A stretch of 60,902 bases of DNA, counting the filler. It is 3 parts of 3 records of this genome, joined end to end, with 100 filler letters (N's around TTAATTAATTAA, not from the genome) between each part and the next. Parts side by side here need not be neighbours in the genome. Positions count along the whole stretch, not along the records: positions 26,550 to 39,871 come from SRR31156797_3599; 2 more parts are not named here. One strand, given 5' to 3'. Each line of letters begins with the position of its first letter. Position 1 is the stretch's first letter. The notes under the pieces were generated by a model, which was not told the origin of the DNA, did no database searches, and saw only the letters and a list, made by a program, of their open reading frames with translations. Below, one piece after another: positions 31,280 through 39,971 of the stretch. Made by a program: the position numbers and the translations under genes.

Positions 31280-32059
31280 ATGAAAAGAAAAACGCAAACT
31301 TTTTCCAGCCAAATATTATTGCTGGCAGCGACAATTTTCATCTTGTTTGCCACCTGCCCCGGTCTGGCAGCCATCTCGCTTGACTTTGATGATGTCAAAT
31401 ATAGCTTCTCTAGTAATTCGCCACCCCCTGAAATTATGGTATCCTGGTACATACCCCACAAGAGTGTTGATTACAAAGTTGAATCATTCCCTTATGTCCC
31501 TCCTCTATCACAATATTCTGGTTCCCTGAATTACACAAGCAAAACTCTGATGATAGTATGGTATTTTGAAGATTATGATGATCTGGAAATTGGGGAACAA
31601 GAATTATGCAACTACCTGAAAGAGCACGGAGAATTGCATAGGGATACCGTAGATATTGCGGAAAAACTTGTTGAAACTGGCAATGACAACACAATGTTTG
31701 GTTCGACAAATCTTAATGTAACACTCTATAAAAGTGATGAAACTTCCGGGTACTTTGTCGTAATACTTAATCCATTTAGGTGTACAAAGGACAACAATTA
31801 CATCATATATTATGGCACGAATAGAAAGCCACTGGAAGAACAAAGTGAGACCATAAAGAAACTTATGGCAAAGAGTTACCATATAAGCAATAAAAATGGA
31901 ACTTCCAGAGGACTGAATTATTGTATCACTGATAAGGTTGCAGAGCAAACAAATAACTCGAAAACCGAAGGTAAAACCGCGAATTCAATGAGTTTGTTTG
32001 GAACATTGATCATAGTTTTTCTAGCCTGTTTTTTGAGTGAAAGGAAGAGATTGTTATGA
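31280..32059 (+). CDS. Secreted surface protein with C-terminal TM anchor
   Basis: Signal peptide, many N-x-S/T sequons, C-terminal TM followed by ERKR. Confidence 0.65.
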   Translation: MKRKTQTFSSQILLLAATIFILFATCPGLAAISLDFDDVKYSFSSNSPPPEIMVSWYIPHKSVDYKVESFPYVPPLSQYSGSLNYTSKTLMIVWYFEDYDDLEIGEQELCNYLKEHGELHRDTVDIAEKLVETGNDNTMFGSTNLNVTLYKSDETSGYFVVILNPFRCTKDNNYIIYYGTNRKPLEEQSETIKKLMAKSYHISNKNGTSRGLNYCITDKVAEQTNNSKTEGKTANSMSLFGTLIIVFLACFLSERKRLL

Positions 32060-32188
32060 GAGATAAAAATGAATTATTTATTTCAATGTTTGTTGGACTC
32101 GAGGTGTTATCACTGTTAAATTAAAAAAGGCATCATACAAAAATATATATTTCTTGCAATATCAGTGAGACCTGAAAGGATTGATAAG

Positions 32189-32938
32189 ATGAACATATCA
32201 AAAATAGGAATTGTTGTTCAGGACGAGATGTTTAAAGGCGTAAAAAGCAAGCATGTGTGGTTTTTCAGTGGAGCACTGGCATTCATTTGTTTTCTGGCAA
32301 TGCGCTATAGTCCATCACTGCCATTCTTGTTCTCAGATCCTTCAAGAATTCCGTATACCTATGTTTCTTACATGATAATATTGCTCTTAGGACCTTTTTT
32401 CATACTGATAACAGCATTTGACAGCATCAGCGGTGAAGTCGAAAAAGGGACCGTAAGGTACATTATTTCAAAAATAGACAGGGATTCCTTTGTACTGGCC
32501 AAGTTCTTATTCACATTCCTGATATTCTCATTCTTTGCTCTCATTGTCGCCATCATTGGACAAATGTACAACTACCAGTCAGTTGGCAGCTTTGATCTGG
32601 AGAGAATGCTCCTTTTCTGGATATTCTCAAGCCTGTACATAGCTTGCTTCACCAGTATTTTTATCTTTGTTTCAGCACTTTCAAAAAGCAGCAAGATGAC
32701 ATTTACAATGTCCGCACTGTTACTTGGGACAATTATATACTTCTCCATACAGGGAAGAGCAGAGTTTTTGAAATATCTGACACCCTATCACTACGGTTTT
32801 GCAGTCTCAGAAATCATGAAAAACACTTACGAGATAAGAGAGTATTCCAATATAGTTCAGAACCTCGTATCAATGCTACTCTTTATAGTTGCCACTTTAT
32901 CCATTGACGTTTTCACATTTAAAAGGAGAGAACTATAA
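32189..32938 (+). CDS. ABC-2 type exporter permease
   Basis: Six hydrophobic segments; FDSISGEVEKGTVRYIISKIDR...LAKF motif. Confidence 0.85.
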   Translation: MNISKIGIVVQDEMFKGVKSKHVWFFSGALAFICFLAMRYSPSLPFLFSDPSRIPYTYVSYMIILLLGPFFILITAFDSISGEVEKGTVRYIISKIDRDSFVLAKFLFTFLIFSFFALIVAIIGQMYNYQSVGSFDLERMLLFWIFSSLYIACFTSIFIFVSALSKSSKMTFTMSALLLGTIIYFSIQGRAEFLKYLTPYHYGFAVSEIMKNTYEIREYSNIVQNLVSMLLFIVATLSIDVFTFKRREL

Positions 32939-33876
32939 TGACAACGGCAATCTCCACTAAGAACCTGTACAAAAAATACGGACCCAGGCATGTACTAAAA
33001 GGTCTGTCCCTGAATGTGGAAAAGGGAAGTATCTACGGATTTTTGGGACAAAATGGTGCAGGAAAAACTACTACAATAAAAATATTGTCAGGACTTTCGA
33101 TACCCGATGAAGGCCAGATAATTATTGAAAATATGGACATGCATCTGGAAGCAGATAAGATCAAAAGCATAATGGGTCTGGTTCCCCAGGACTCTGATTT
33201 CTACAATGAACGCTCTGCTCTGAGCCAGATAAATTACTTTGCCAGGCTGAAAGGTCTTAGCAAGAATGAGGCAAAGGAACAATCCGAAGTTCTGCTGGAA
33301 CGTGTTGGTCTTGAAAATGAGATGACAAAAAAAGTTGGCTCATTTTCCCATGGTATGAAAAAGCGACTGAGCATTGCACAGGCTCTGCTGGATGATCCAA
33401 AAATCCTTATTCTGGATGAGCCCACCAACGGCCTTGACCCTGTTGGGGTCCGCCAGGTCAAGCAGATAATTCGCGAGTGCAATGACAATGGAATTACAAT
33501 ACTGGTATCATCCCATAACCTTCTGGAATTACAGGAGATCTGCACCCATGTAGGAATCCTGAAGAGTGGTAAGCTTATCACCGAAGGTGCAATTGGAGAC
33601 ATAAGGCAGCTTGAGTCAAATGGAATAATTACAGTTGGGATTTACAACATGTCCCCTGAAATAGTATCGCTGGTAGAAAGCATGGAGTATGTTATGGACA
33701 CCAGATTAAAAGAGAAGGATATTCTGGAAATCTATGTTAAATCTGAAGGGGATGTAAAACCGGAGATCAACAAATTAATTGTAGACAATGGTGGACAGGT
33801 TTTCAAACTCATTGAAAATTCCCTTTCACTGGAAGATGCATATCTTAGTGCCACAGAATACAAAGAAGAGAGTTAA
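32938..33876 (+). CDS. ABC exporter ATP-binding subunit
   Basis: GQNGAGKTT, FSHGMKKR, LDEPTNGLDP, SSH, SLEDAY. Confidence 0.93.
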   Translation: MTTAISTKNLYKKYGPRHVLKGLSLNVEKGSIYGFLGQNGAGKTTTIKILSGLSIPDEGQIIIENMDMHLEADKIKSIMGLVPQDSDFYNERSALSQINYFARLKGLSKNEAKEQSEVLLERVGLENEMTKKVGSFSHGMKKRLSIAQALLDDPKILILDEPTNGLDPVGVRQVKQIIRECNDNGITILVSSHNLLELQEICTHVGILKSGKLITEGAIGDIRQLESNGIITVGIYNMSPEIVSLVESMEYVMDTRLKEKDILEIYVKSEGDVKPEINKLIVDNGGQVFKLIENSLSLEDAYLSATEYKEES

Positions 33877-34093
33877 TTATGAGTATCGGATCAGTGTTAG
33901 CCAGTACTGCAGTATTGTCATTTGTATCACTGTACCCCTTTTACAGTTGGAACTTGTGGCCATAACACATAAATAAATTAATGAACTATTGAAAAGTACC
34001 CCATGAATATCAAAAGTTTTGTGGGAACCCCAGCGTACCAACCAGTAAGGTCATGATGAACACATATCAAATCCTGATATCATAAAAGCTCAC

Positions 34094-34765
34094 ATGGCCT
34101 TGCGCCCCCAAAAAACAATATCCTTATCAGCCACGTATGTGAAAATACTGAGGACACATGAAATGGACATTGGACATGATTTCAAGCAAAAAATGCCTGT
34201 AGACTTTACTTTAGACAAAAGTGTCGTCAAAATTATAGTCCCAATAGCAATCGTATCAATTGTCCTGTACGCCTTATGTTTTAAGTCTCCTGAATGTGAG
34301 ATACTGCTCTATCTCATATGGTACATTGCTATTGGGCTACTTCTCCTGAAAAACCGGGCACTTGTCGAGATCACACCTCACATGATAATAATTCACAGAC
34401 CACTTTTTGACGACATTGTAGTCAACAAAAAAGACTTAACAAAAATCCAGGTCAAAAAGGACACAGGTTACATTTTTCGATGGGTTGTAGCTATTTTATT
34501 GTTTGTTCTTACCGGATACAATGCATACAACGCATTTAATGACACCATATATGGCATGCATGGAAAGACAGTGATAGAAGGAATTATTTTAGTCCTTGGA
34601 GAATTCCAGATAATATTTCTGCTGGTTGTACTTCTTCTGATGTTCTTTACAAGATTACCATACCCTGCTTTACTAAGAGCCGACACTGGCAAGTCCAACA
34701 TAGTATTCTACTCAAAGGAAACTGAAGAACTAAAAAAGATAATTGAAGAACAGGACATTGCATAG
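34094..34765 (+). CDS. Membrane protein, paralogue 1 of 3 (DUF1673/bacterial-PH-like)
   Basis: 2TM - beta-rich segment - 2TM - RLPYPALL tail shared with the next two genes. Start uncertain. Confidence 0.6.
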   Translation: MALRPQKTISLSATYVKILRTHEMDIGHDFKQKMPVDFTLDKSVVKIIVPIAIVSIVLYALCFKSPECEILLYLIWYIAIGLLLLKNRALVEITPHMIIIHRPLFDDIVVNKKDLTKIQVKKDTGYIFRWVVAILLFVLTGYNAYNAFNDTIYGMHGKTVIEGIILVLGEFQIIFLLVVLLLMFFTRLPYPALLRADTGKSNIVFYSKETEELKKIIEEQDIA

Positions 34766-34766
34766 C

Positions 34767-35363
34767 ATGTATGTAGAACAAAATAGCAGGCAACTAATGC
34801 GTGTGGATATACCTAAAGATCGTAGTTTAATTGCTATTATCGTATTTCCGATGATTATGGTGTTCATACTGATGCCCCTGAGTGTTTATTGTCCCTCCTG
34901 CATAATACTGATGTATCTCATCTGGCACCTGAGCTTTGTAGCAATTGTTCTTCAGGATCGGACAACTATAGAGACCGGAAAAAACACCATCATGATTAAG
35001 AGATTTTTGTTTGGTCCCTGGAACCTGAACAAAAAGGATATTATCAGAACAGATATCAGAAAAAATGTCCATCATACTTATCGAATCATATGGTACACCA
35101 TAATGGTAGCTGTTTTAGTGAATCTTAGCTCTTACAGTTACTATGGCATCCCGACCAGCGCTCTTACAGAAGCACCATTCTCTTTAATCCTGTCTGGTTC
35201 TATTTTGATAGTGTTCTCTTGCTCATTGTTTATCAATATGGAAAGAAGACTTAGATTCCCTTCTGTCCTGGAAGTTACCACAGATACTGGAAAATTCAAA
35301 TTCTATACACATGAACCTGAAGAGTTACAGATGGAGATTAGCAAAGATCTACAGGAGAACTAA
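34767..35363 (+). CDS. Membrane protein, paralogue 2 of 3
   Basis: Same topology; RLRFPSVLEVTTDTGKFKFY tail. ATG 1 nt after the previous stop. Confidence 0.6.
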   Translation: MYVEQNSRQLMRVDIPKDRSLIAIIVFPMIMVFILMPLSVYCPSCIILMYLIWHLSFVAIVLQDRTTIETGKNTIMIKRFLFGPWNLNKKDIIRTDIRKNVHHTYRIIWYTIMVAVLVNLSSYSYYGIPTSALTEAPFSLILSGSILIVFSCSLFINMERRLRFPSVLEVTTDTGKFKFYTHEPEELQMEISKDLQEN

Positions 35364-36035
35364 ATGACCCTTGAAAATCAGGCTTATTTCGTGAAACCAC
35401 AAACATCCACAAACAGAACCAATGAAAGCAACCCGGAAGACATAATAAAAATGCTAGTTCCCATGGGCATGGTTGACTTTCAATTCATGGGAGCTTTTAT
35501 AGCGATGATAATAGCTTTCATACTCATCTCTCTGATCGACCACCTGTACAGAACCATCTGGACGTATCTTGGCGTTGTCCTGATATGTGGAATAATGTTG
35601 GCCGCATTTTACCTGATGACACGTCGTGAGATCTCAGTATACAATGGTTATATACATGTAAAAAAACCATTCTTCAGAGAAGTAAAAGTTCCGGCAGAAA
35701 AGATTTACGGAGTCGTCAGTTGCAACAATAGTGGATACAAATACAGAAAGCTGAGCTTTTTAATAATGGGTTCCTTCATACTGCTACTCACAGTAATGAA
35801 TCTGAGTGACAGTTACAGGAGGATAGGATCATACGGAATAGAGAACGCAACTAATATCACAATGTCAATCTTTCCTACACTATTGTTTACGATGCTTTTT
35901 TACAATGCATATCGTGCATCTCGTTATCCAAAAGCCATCAAAATAGACATTAACCCTGGAGAATTCAAAATCTACCCGGAGAATGAACAAAAATTCATGC
36001 TCTTAAAGGAAAGATTTGGAAAGCTCCTGCGATGA
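35364..36035 (+). CDS. Membrane protein, paralogue 3 of 3
   Basis: Same topology; RASRYPKAIKIDINPGEFKIY tail. Confidence 0.6.
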   Translation: MTLENQAYFVKPQTSTNRTNESNPEDIIKMLVPMGMVDFQFMGAFIAMIIAFILISLIDHLYRTIWTYLGVVLICGIMLAAFYLMTRREISVYNGYIHVKKPFFREVKVPAEKIYGVVSCNNSGYKYRKLSFLIMGSFILLLTVMNLSDSYRRIGSYGIENATNITMSIFPTLLFTMLFYNAYRASRYPKAIKIDINPGEFKIYPENEQKFMLLKERFGKLLR

Positions 36036-36067
36036 TTTTAAAACCCTGACATACATATAATTCCCAG

Positions 36068-36955
36068 ATGACCCTAACCTTTAAAGACAAACTCACATCA
36101 AATGATTTTCTGATCACAGCAGAGGTCAGTCCTCCCAAGGGAACAGACCTCAAAGAAGTTCTTGATGATGCAGAGCTTACCAGGGGATGGGTTGATGCAT
36201 TAAATGTCACTGACAACCAGAAAGCGGTTATGCGCATGAGTCCGCTTGCTGTAAGCAGGTCCCTTGTTGATGCAGGACATGAGGTCATCATGCAGCTTAC
36301 ATGCAGGGACAGGAACAGGCTTGCACTCCAGTCCGACCTGCTGGGAGCATATGCAATGGGCATCAGGAACATCTGTATCATGACAGGTGACCACACCACA
36401 AAAGGAGATCATCCGGGGACAAAGCCTGTATATGATCTGGACTCCGTCCAGCTTCTTACTATCATAAGAAAAATGATGCAGGGCTCTGACCTTGCAGGCA
36501 ACAGGATAGACAATCCACCTGATTTTGTTGTCGGTGCTGTCAGCAATACTGATTCTTCAAAAAGTGCCCAGATGATGAAGCTTCGCAAAAAAGCAAAAAC
36601 CGGGATCGATTTTATTCAGACACAGGCTGTCTACGACATAGCTAAATTTGAAACATTTATGGAATCCATCGGGGATCTTGAAATTCCGGTAATTGCCGGG
36701 GTTATTCCACTTAAATCTGCAAAAATGGCCCGGTACATGAACACGAATATTCCGGGAATCAGCGTCCCTGCAGAAACAATAGAGATAATGGACAATGCGG
36801 AAAATCCACAGGACGTAGGAATGAATATTTGTGCACAGACCATAAGAGAGCTACAAAAACTCTGTCGTGGAACCCATATAATGCCAATTGGCAAACATAA
36901 CAATACACAAAAGATACTCGAAATGGCAGGTATCAGGAAGAAAGACCAATGTTAA
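36068..36955 (+). CDS. metF: Methylenetetrahydrofolate reductase
   Basis: AEVSPPKG, NVTDN, QLTCRDRNRLALQS, MTGD, FIQTQ, GTHIM. Confidence 0.93.
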   Translation: MTLTFKDKLTSNDFLITAEVSPPKGTDLKEVLDDAELTRGWVDALNVTDNQKAVMRMSPLAVSRSLVDAGHEVIMQLTCRDRNRLALQSDLLGAYAMGIRNICIMTGDHTTKGDHPGTKPVYDLDSVQLLTIIRKMMQGSDLAGNRIDNPPDFVVGAVSNTDSSKSAQMMKLRKKAKTGIDFIQTQAVYDIAKFETFMESIGDLEIPVIAGVIPLKSAKMARYMNTNIPGISVPAETIEIMDNAENPQDVGMNICAQTIRELQKLCRGTHIMPIGKHNNTQKILEMAGIRKKDQC

Positions 36956-38196
36956 AAACGCAAATTGACAATGCAAAAGAAGGCATAATCACCCCAGAGA
37001 TGCTTGAAGTTGCAAAAAAAGAGGGAATAGAAGAAGGACTTGTAAGGGAAAGAGTTGCAGACGGTAGTCTTGTAATCATGACCCGAAAGGGATGCCCTCC
37101 GGTTGCCATTGGAAAAGGGGCAAGTACCAAGATAAATGTAAATCTGGGAACATCATCTGCAGCAATTGACCCGGACTCAGAAATTGAAAAAGCAAAAGTT
37201 GGAGAGAAGTATGGTGCTGCAACTATCACAGATCTCTCAATGGGTGGAGATATATCAGCCATCAGGAAGACGATATTTGATAATACAGAACTTCCCGTAA
37301 CAACCGTTCCTATTTACCAGACAATTGTTGAATGCGGAATGGACAATGTCACCGTGGATAACATACTCGCATACCTCAGGAAACATGTTGAAGAGGGAAT
37401 TAGTTCAGTACTCATACATTGCGTTGAAAGGAAGATGCTTGAGACACTAAAAGGTACCCACAGGGTCATGGGAATGGTATCCAAAGGTGGATCATTTACC
37501 AGCAGTTTCATGCTTCTCAATGATTGTGAAAACCCTTTCATAGAGTACTTTGATGAGGTAATAGAGATACTCAGGAAGAATGATGTTGTCCTTTCACTGG
37601 GGAACACAATGAGAAGCGGTTGTGTTCATGATTTGAAGGACAGTGCACAATTGATGGAGATAGAGGCAAATGCAGCCCTTGCAAAGAGAGCAAACAAAGC
37701 TGGTGTGCAAGTTATCATAAACGGAATGGGAGGACACATACAGGCATCTGACATACCGGGTTCCGTGAAACTCTACAAGGATACAGCAGACTTCCCACTC
37801 TTTGTAGCCGGTCCACTTCCAACAGACATAGGCGTTGGCTACGACCACATTGCAGGAGCAATAGGTGCAAGCATGGCAAGCGGAGCAGGTGCAGATTATC
37901 TTTGTTACATCACCCCGGCAGAACATCTTTCATTACCGAATCCACACCAGGTAAAGGAAGGACTAATAGCATTCAGAATAGCAGCACACGTTGGGGATTC
38001 CATGAAATATGGATTAAGTGACAGTGACCTGAAGCTTGCTACAAGAAGAGCTTCTTTTGACTGGAAAGGACAGGCAGAGGTTGCCATTGACCCTGACAGG
38101 TCATCACAGATGTGCCCTGAAGAAGGACCATGCTCCATGTGTGGAGATTACTGCGCCATCAAGATCATGAAAACTTACCTTACAGGAGAGGAATGA
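36949..38196 (+). CDS. Divergent ThiC/Bza-family radical-SAM enzyme (HMP-P or 5-hydroxybenzimidazole synthase-like)
   Basis: KINVNLGTS, DLSMGG, TVPIYQ, GPLPTD, YDHI, CYITPAEHL, CSMCGDYC. Several canonical ThiC motifs are altered. Confidence 0.85.
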   Translation: MLKTQIDNAKEGIITPEMLEVAKKEGIEEGLVRERVADGSLVIMTRKGCPPVAIGKGASTKINVNLGTSSAAIDPDSEIEKAKVGEKYGAATITDLSMGGDISAIRKTIFDNTELPVTTVPIYQTIVECGMDNVTVDNILAYLRKHVEEGISSVLIHCVERKMLETLKGTHRVMGMVSKGGSFTSSFMLLNDCENPFIEYFDEVIEILRKNDVVLSLGNTMRSGCVHDLKDSAQLMEIEANAALAKRANKAGVQVIINGMGGHIQASDIPGSVKLYKDTADFPLFVAGPLPTDIGVGYDHIAGAIGASMASGAGADYLCYITPAEHLSLPNPHQVKEGLIAFRIAAHVGDSMKYGLSDSDLKLATRRASFDWKGQAEVAIDPDRSSQMCPEEGPCSMCGDYCAIKIMKTYLTGEE

Positions 38197-38973
38197 GTGG
38201 ATAATGGGCATCCTTCCCTTGAAATGATAGGTATAAAGACACCTATCATAAGACCCGGAGATGATATTGCAGAAGTACTCATGGGTTCCATGAAAAAAAA
38301 TGGGATCTCATTTCAGGACAATGATGTACTGATCATAGCCGAATCACCTGTGGCAACAGCTGAGAACAGGCTGGTCTGCCTTTCAGATGTAGAGCCTTCC
38401 AAAAAGGCAATGGAACTAGCGGAACAATACCAGCTTGACGCAAGGGAAATGGAGCTCATACTTCAGGAATGCGATGACATTTTCGGAGGGGTTCCCGGTG
38501 CAGCCCTCACGATCACAAAAGGAACACTGGCCCCTAATGCAGGGATTGATGGTTCCAACGCCCCTGAGAACCATGTTGTACTACTCCCTGAGAATGCACA
38601 GGAGAGTGCTGACACAATACGCAGGGATGTCGAAAAAGACTGTAAATGCCACATTGGAGTAATAATAGGAGACAGTCGAACACAACCACTTCGCCTCGGA
38701 TGTGTGGGTATAGCTCTTGGGACATCAGGAATAGTTCCTGTAGAAGATGCAAGAGGAACACTGGACCTTTTCGGGAAGGAGATGACTATCACACGTAAAG
38801 CAGTTGCAGACAATCTGGTATCAGCCGCACAACTGCTCATGGGTGAAGCAGGGGAGAGCGTCCCTGCAGTAATCGTAAGGGGGGCACCTGTACAGATAGT
38901 AAAAGGATCCAGGGAAATGCCGCTGTTTTCACAGGAAGAGTGCATGTACTACAGTAATATAAGGAAAGCATAG
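38197..38973 (+). CDS. CofE-family (F420-0:glutamate ligase-like) protein
   Basis: TPIIRPGDD, PNAGIDGSN, IGDS, DLFG, AVADNLVSAA, MGEAGE. Confidence 0.85.
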   Translation: MDNGHPSLEMIGIKTPIIRPGDDIAEVLMGSMKKNGISFQDNDVLIIAESPVATAENRLVCLSDVEPSKKAMELAEQYQLDAREMELILQECDDIFGGVPGAALTITKGTLAPNAGIDGSNAPENHVVLLPENAQESADTIRRDVEKDCKCHIGVIIGDSRTQPLRLGCVGIALGTSGIVPVEDARGTLDLFGKEMTITRKAVADNLVSAAQLLMGEAGESVPAVIVRGAPVQIVKGSREMPLFSQEECMYYSNIRKA

Positions 38974-39095
38974 CCCTTCGCCCTGTTTTTGATTGATTTG
39001 TAGAGTGATGCAGCACTCTTGCTGCATCCACTGATGCCTATATAGAAGAAATGAAATCATGCACAGCTATTGGAGCTTATACATTCTATATAGCA

Positions 39096-39152
39096 CTACC
39101 AATAAAATTAAAACGCAAAGCTCATACATATTTTATTGGTAGAAAGTATAAA
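39096..39152 (+). promoter_or_regulatory. Perfect 13-bp inverted repeat abutting the BRE/TATA of the phosphatase gene
   Basis: CTACCAATAAAAT (39096-39108), 21 nt, ATTTTATTGGTAG (39130-39142), then aaagTATAAA. Confidence 0.65.
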
Positions 39153-39202
39153 TGTCTAAAATTCAAACCGTAGCGTCAGCCTTGAAAAAGGTTGGTGATT
39201 CG

Positions 39203-39871
39203 ATGGATAAAAGACTCAAAGTACTATTTTCATTATTTGTTGTAAGCATGATCGTTATTGGGAGTTCAGCATCTGCTGTAGCTATCAACAACACTGACAA
39301 CAAATTGAACGAAGACAACAATAAGAACGACAAACATGCAAAGAAAGGAATCAAGAACGTTATTGTAATGGTTCCTGACGGATGTGACCAGGATATCCAG
39401 ACACTTGCACGCTGGTACCTTGCAGAAGAAGGCGGAGAAGAACTCCAGCTTGACAGCATGTTTACCGGAATGGTTTCCACAAACATGGCAAACTCAGTCA
39501 TCACCGGCTCTGCAGCAGCTGCAACCGCTTTTGCAACTGGCGAAAAGACAACAGCGAGGTTCCTTGGTGTCGGACCAAGAACAGATGACCTCCTCTCAAT
39601 TTACAATGCCAGTGAAATGGCAGAGCCATACGTTCCAATAGCTTCAGTACTTGAAGGTGCAAAACTTGAAGGAAAGGCAACAGGTCTTGTAGCAACATCC
39701 CGTATTACCCATGCAACGCCTGCAGCTTATGCAGCCCACATCCACGACAGAGGAATGGACAATGAAATCATGGAACATATGGTCTATCAGGATGTTGATG
39801 TAGTATTTGGTGGAGCAGAGCGTCATCTCATTACAGAAGAAGATGGTGGAAAGCGTACAGATGGGGAAAAC
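39203..39871 (+). CDS. phoA: Alkaline phosphatase, 5' part (cut by contig end)
   Basis: Signal peptide, KNVIVMVPDG, ITGSAAAATAFATG, THATPAA, DVVFGG. GGTGA SD before ATG 39203. Confidence 0.88.
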
Positions 39872-39971
39872 NNNNNNNNNNNNNNNNNNNNNNNNNNNNN
39901 NNNNNNNNNNNNNNNTTAATTAATTAANNNNNNNNNNNNNNNNNNNNNNNNNNNNNNNNNNNNNNNNNNNN
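39872..39971. other. Artificial contig spacer (N44-TTAATTAATTAA-N44)
   Basis: Same linker as at 26450; abrupt change in GC and gene content. Confidence 0.98.

Noticed and set aside
38194-38199. In-frame TGA-GTG junction between the ThiC-like and CofE-like genes as selenocysteine read-through
   Set aside because: Both are full-length, a GGAGAGG SD precedes the GTG, and abutting stop/start pairs also occur at 29679 and 35363. Simple translational coupling explains it.
34763-38973. Pyrrolysine read-through at TAG stops (34765, 38973) in the methanogen contig
   Set aside because: The next gene is in another frame at 34765. Read-through at 38973 meets another stop within about 10 codons. Both proteins look complete.
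39152-39202. Earlier phoA start at 39152
   Set aside because: It overlaps the TATA box. The GGTGA SD and signal peptide fit ATG 39203.
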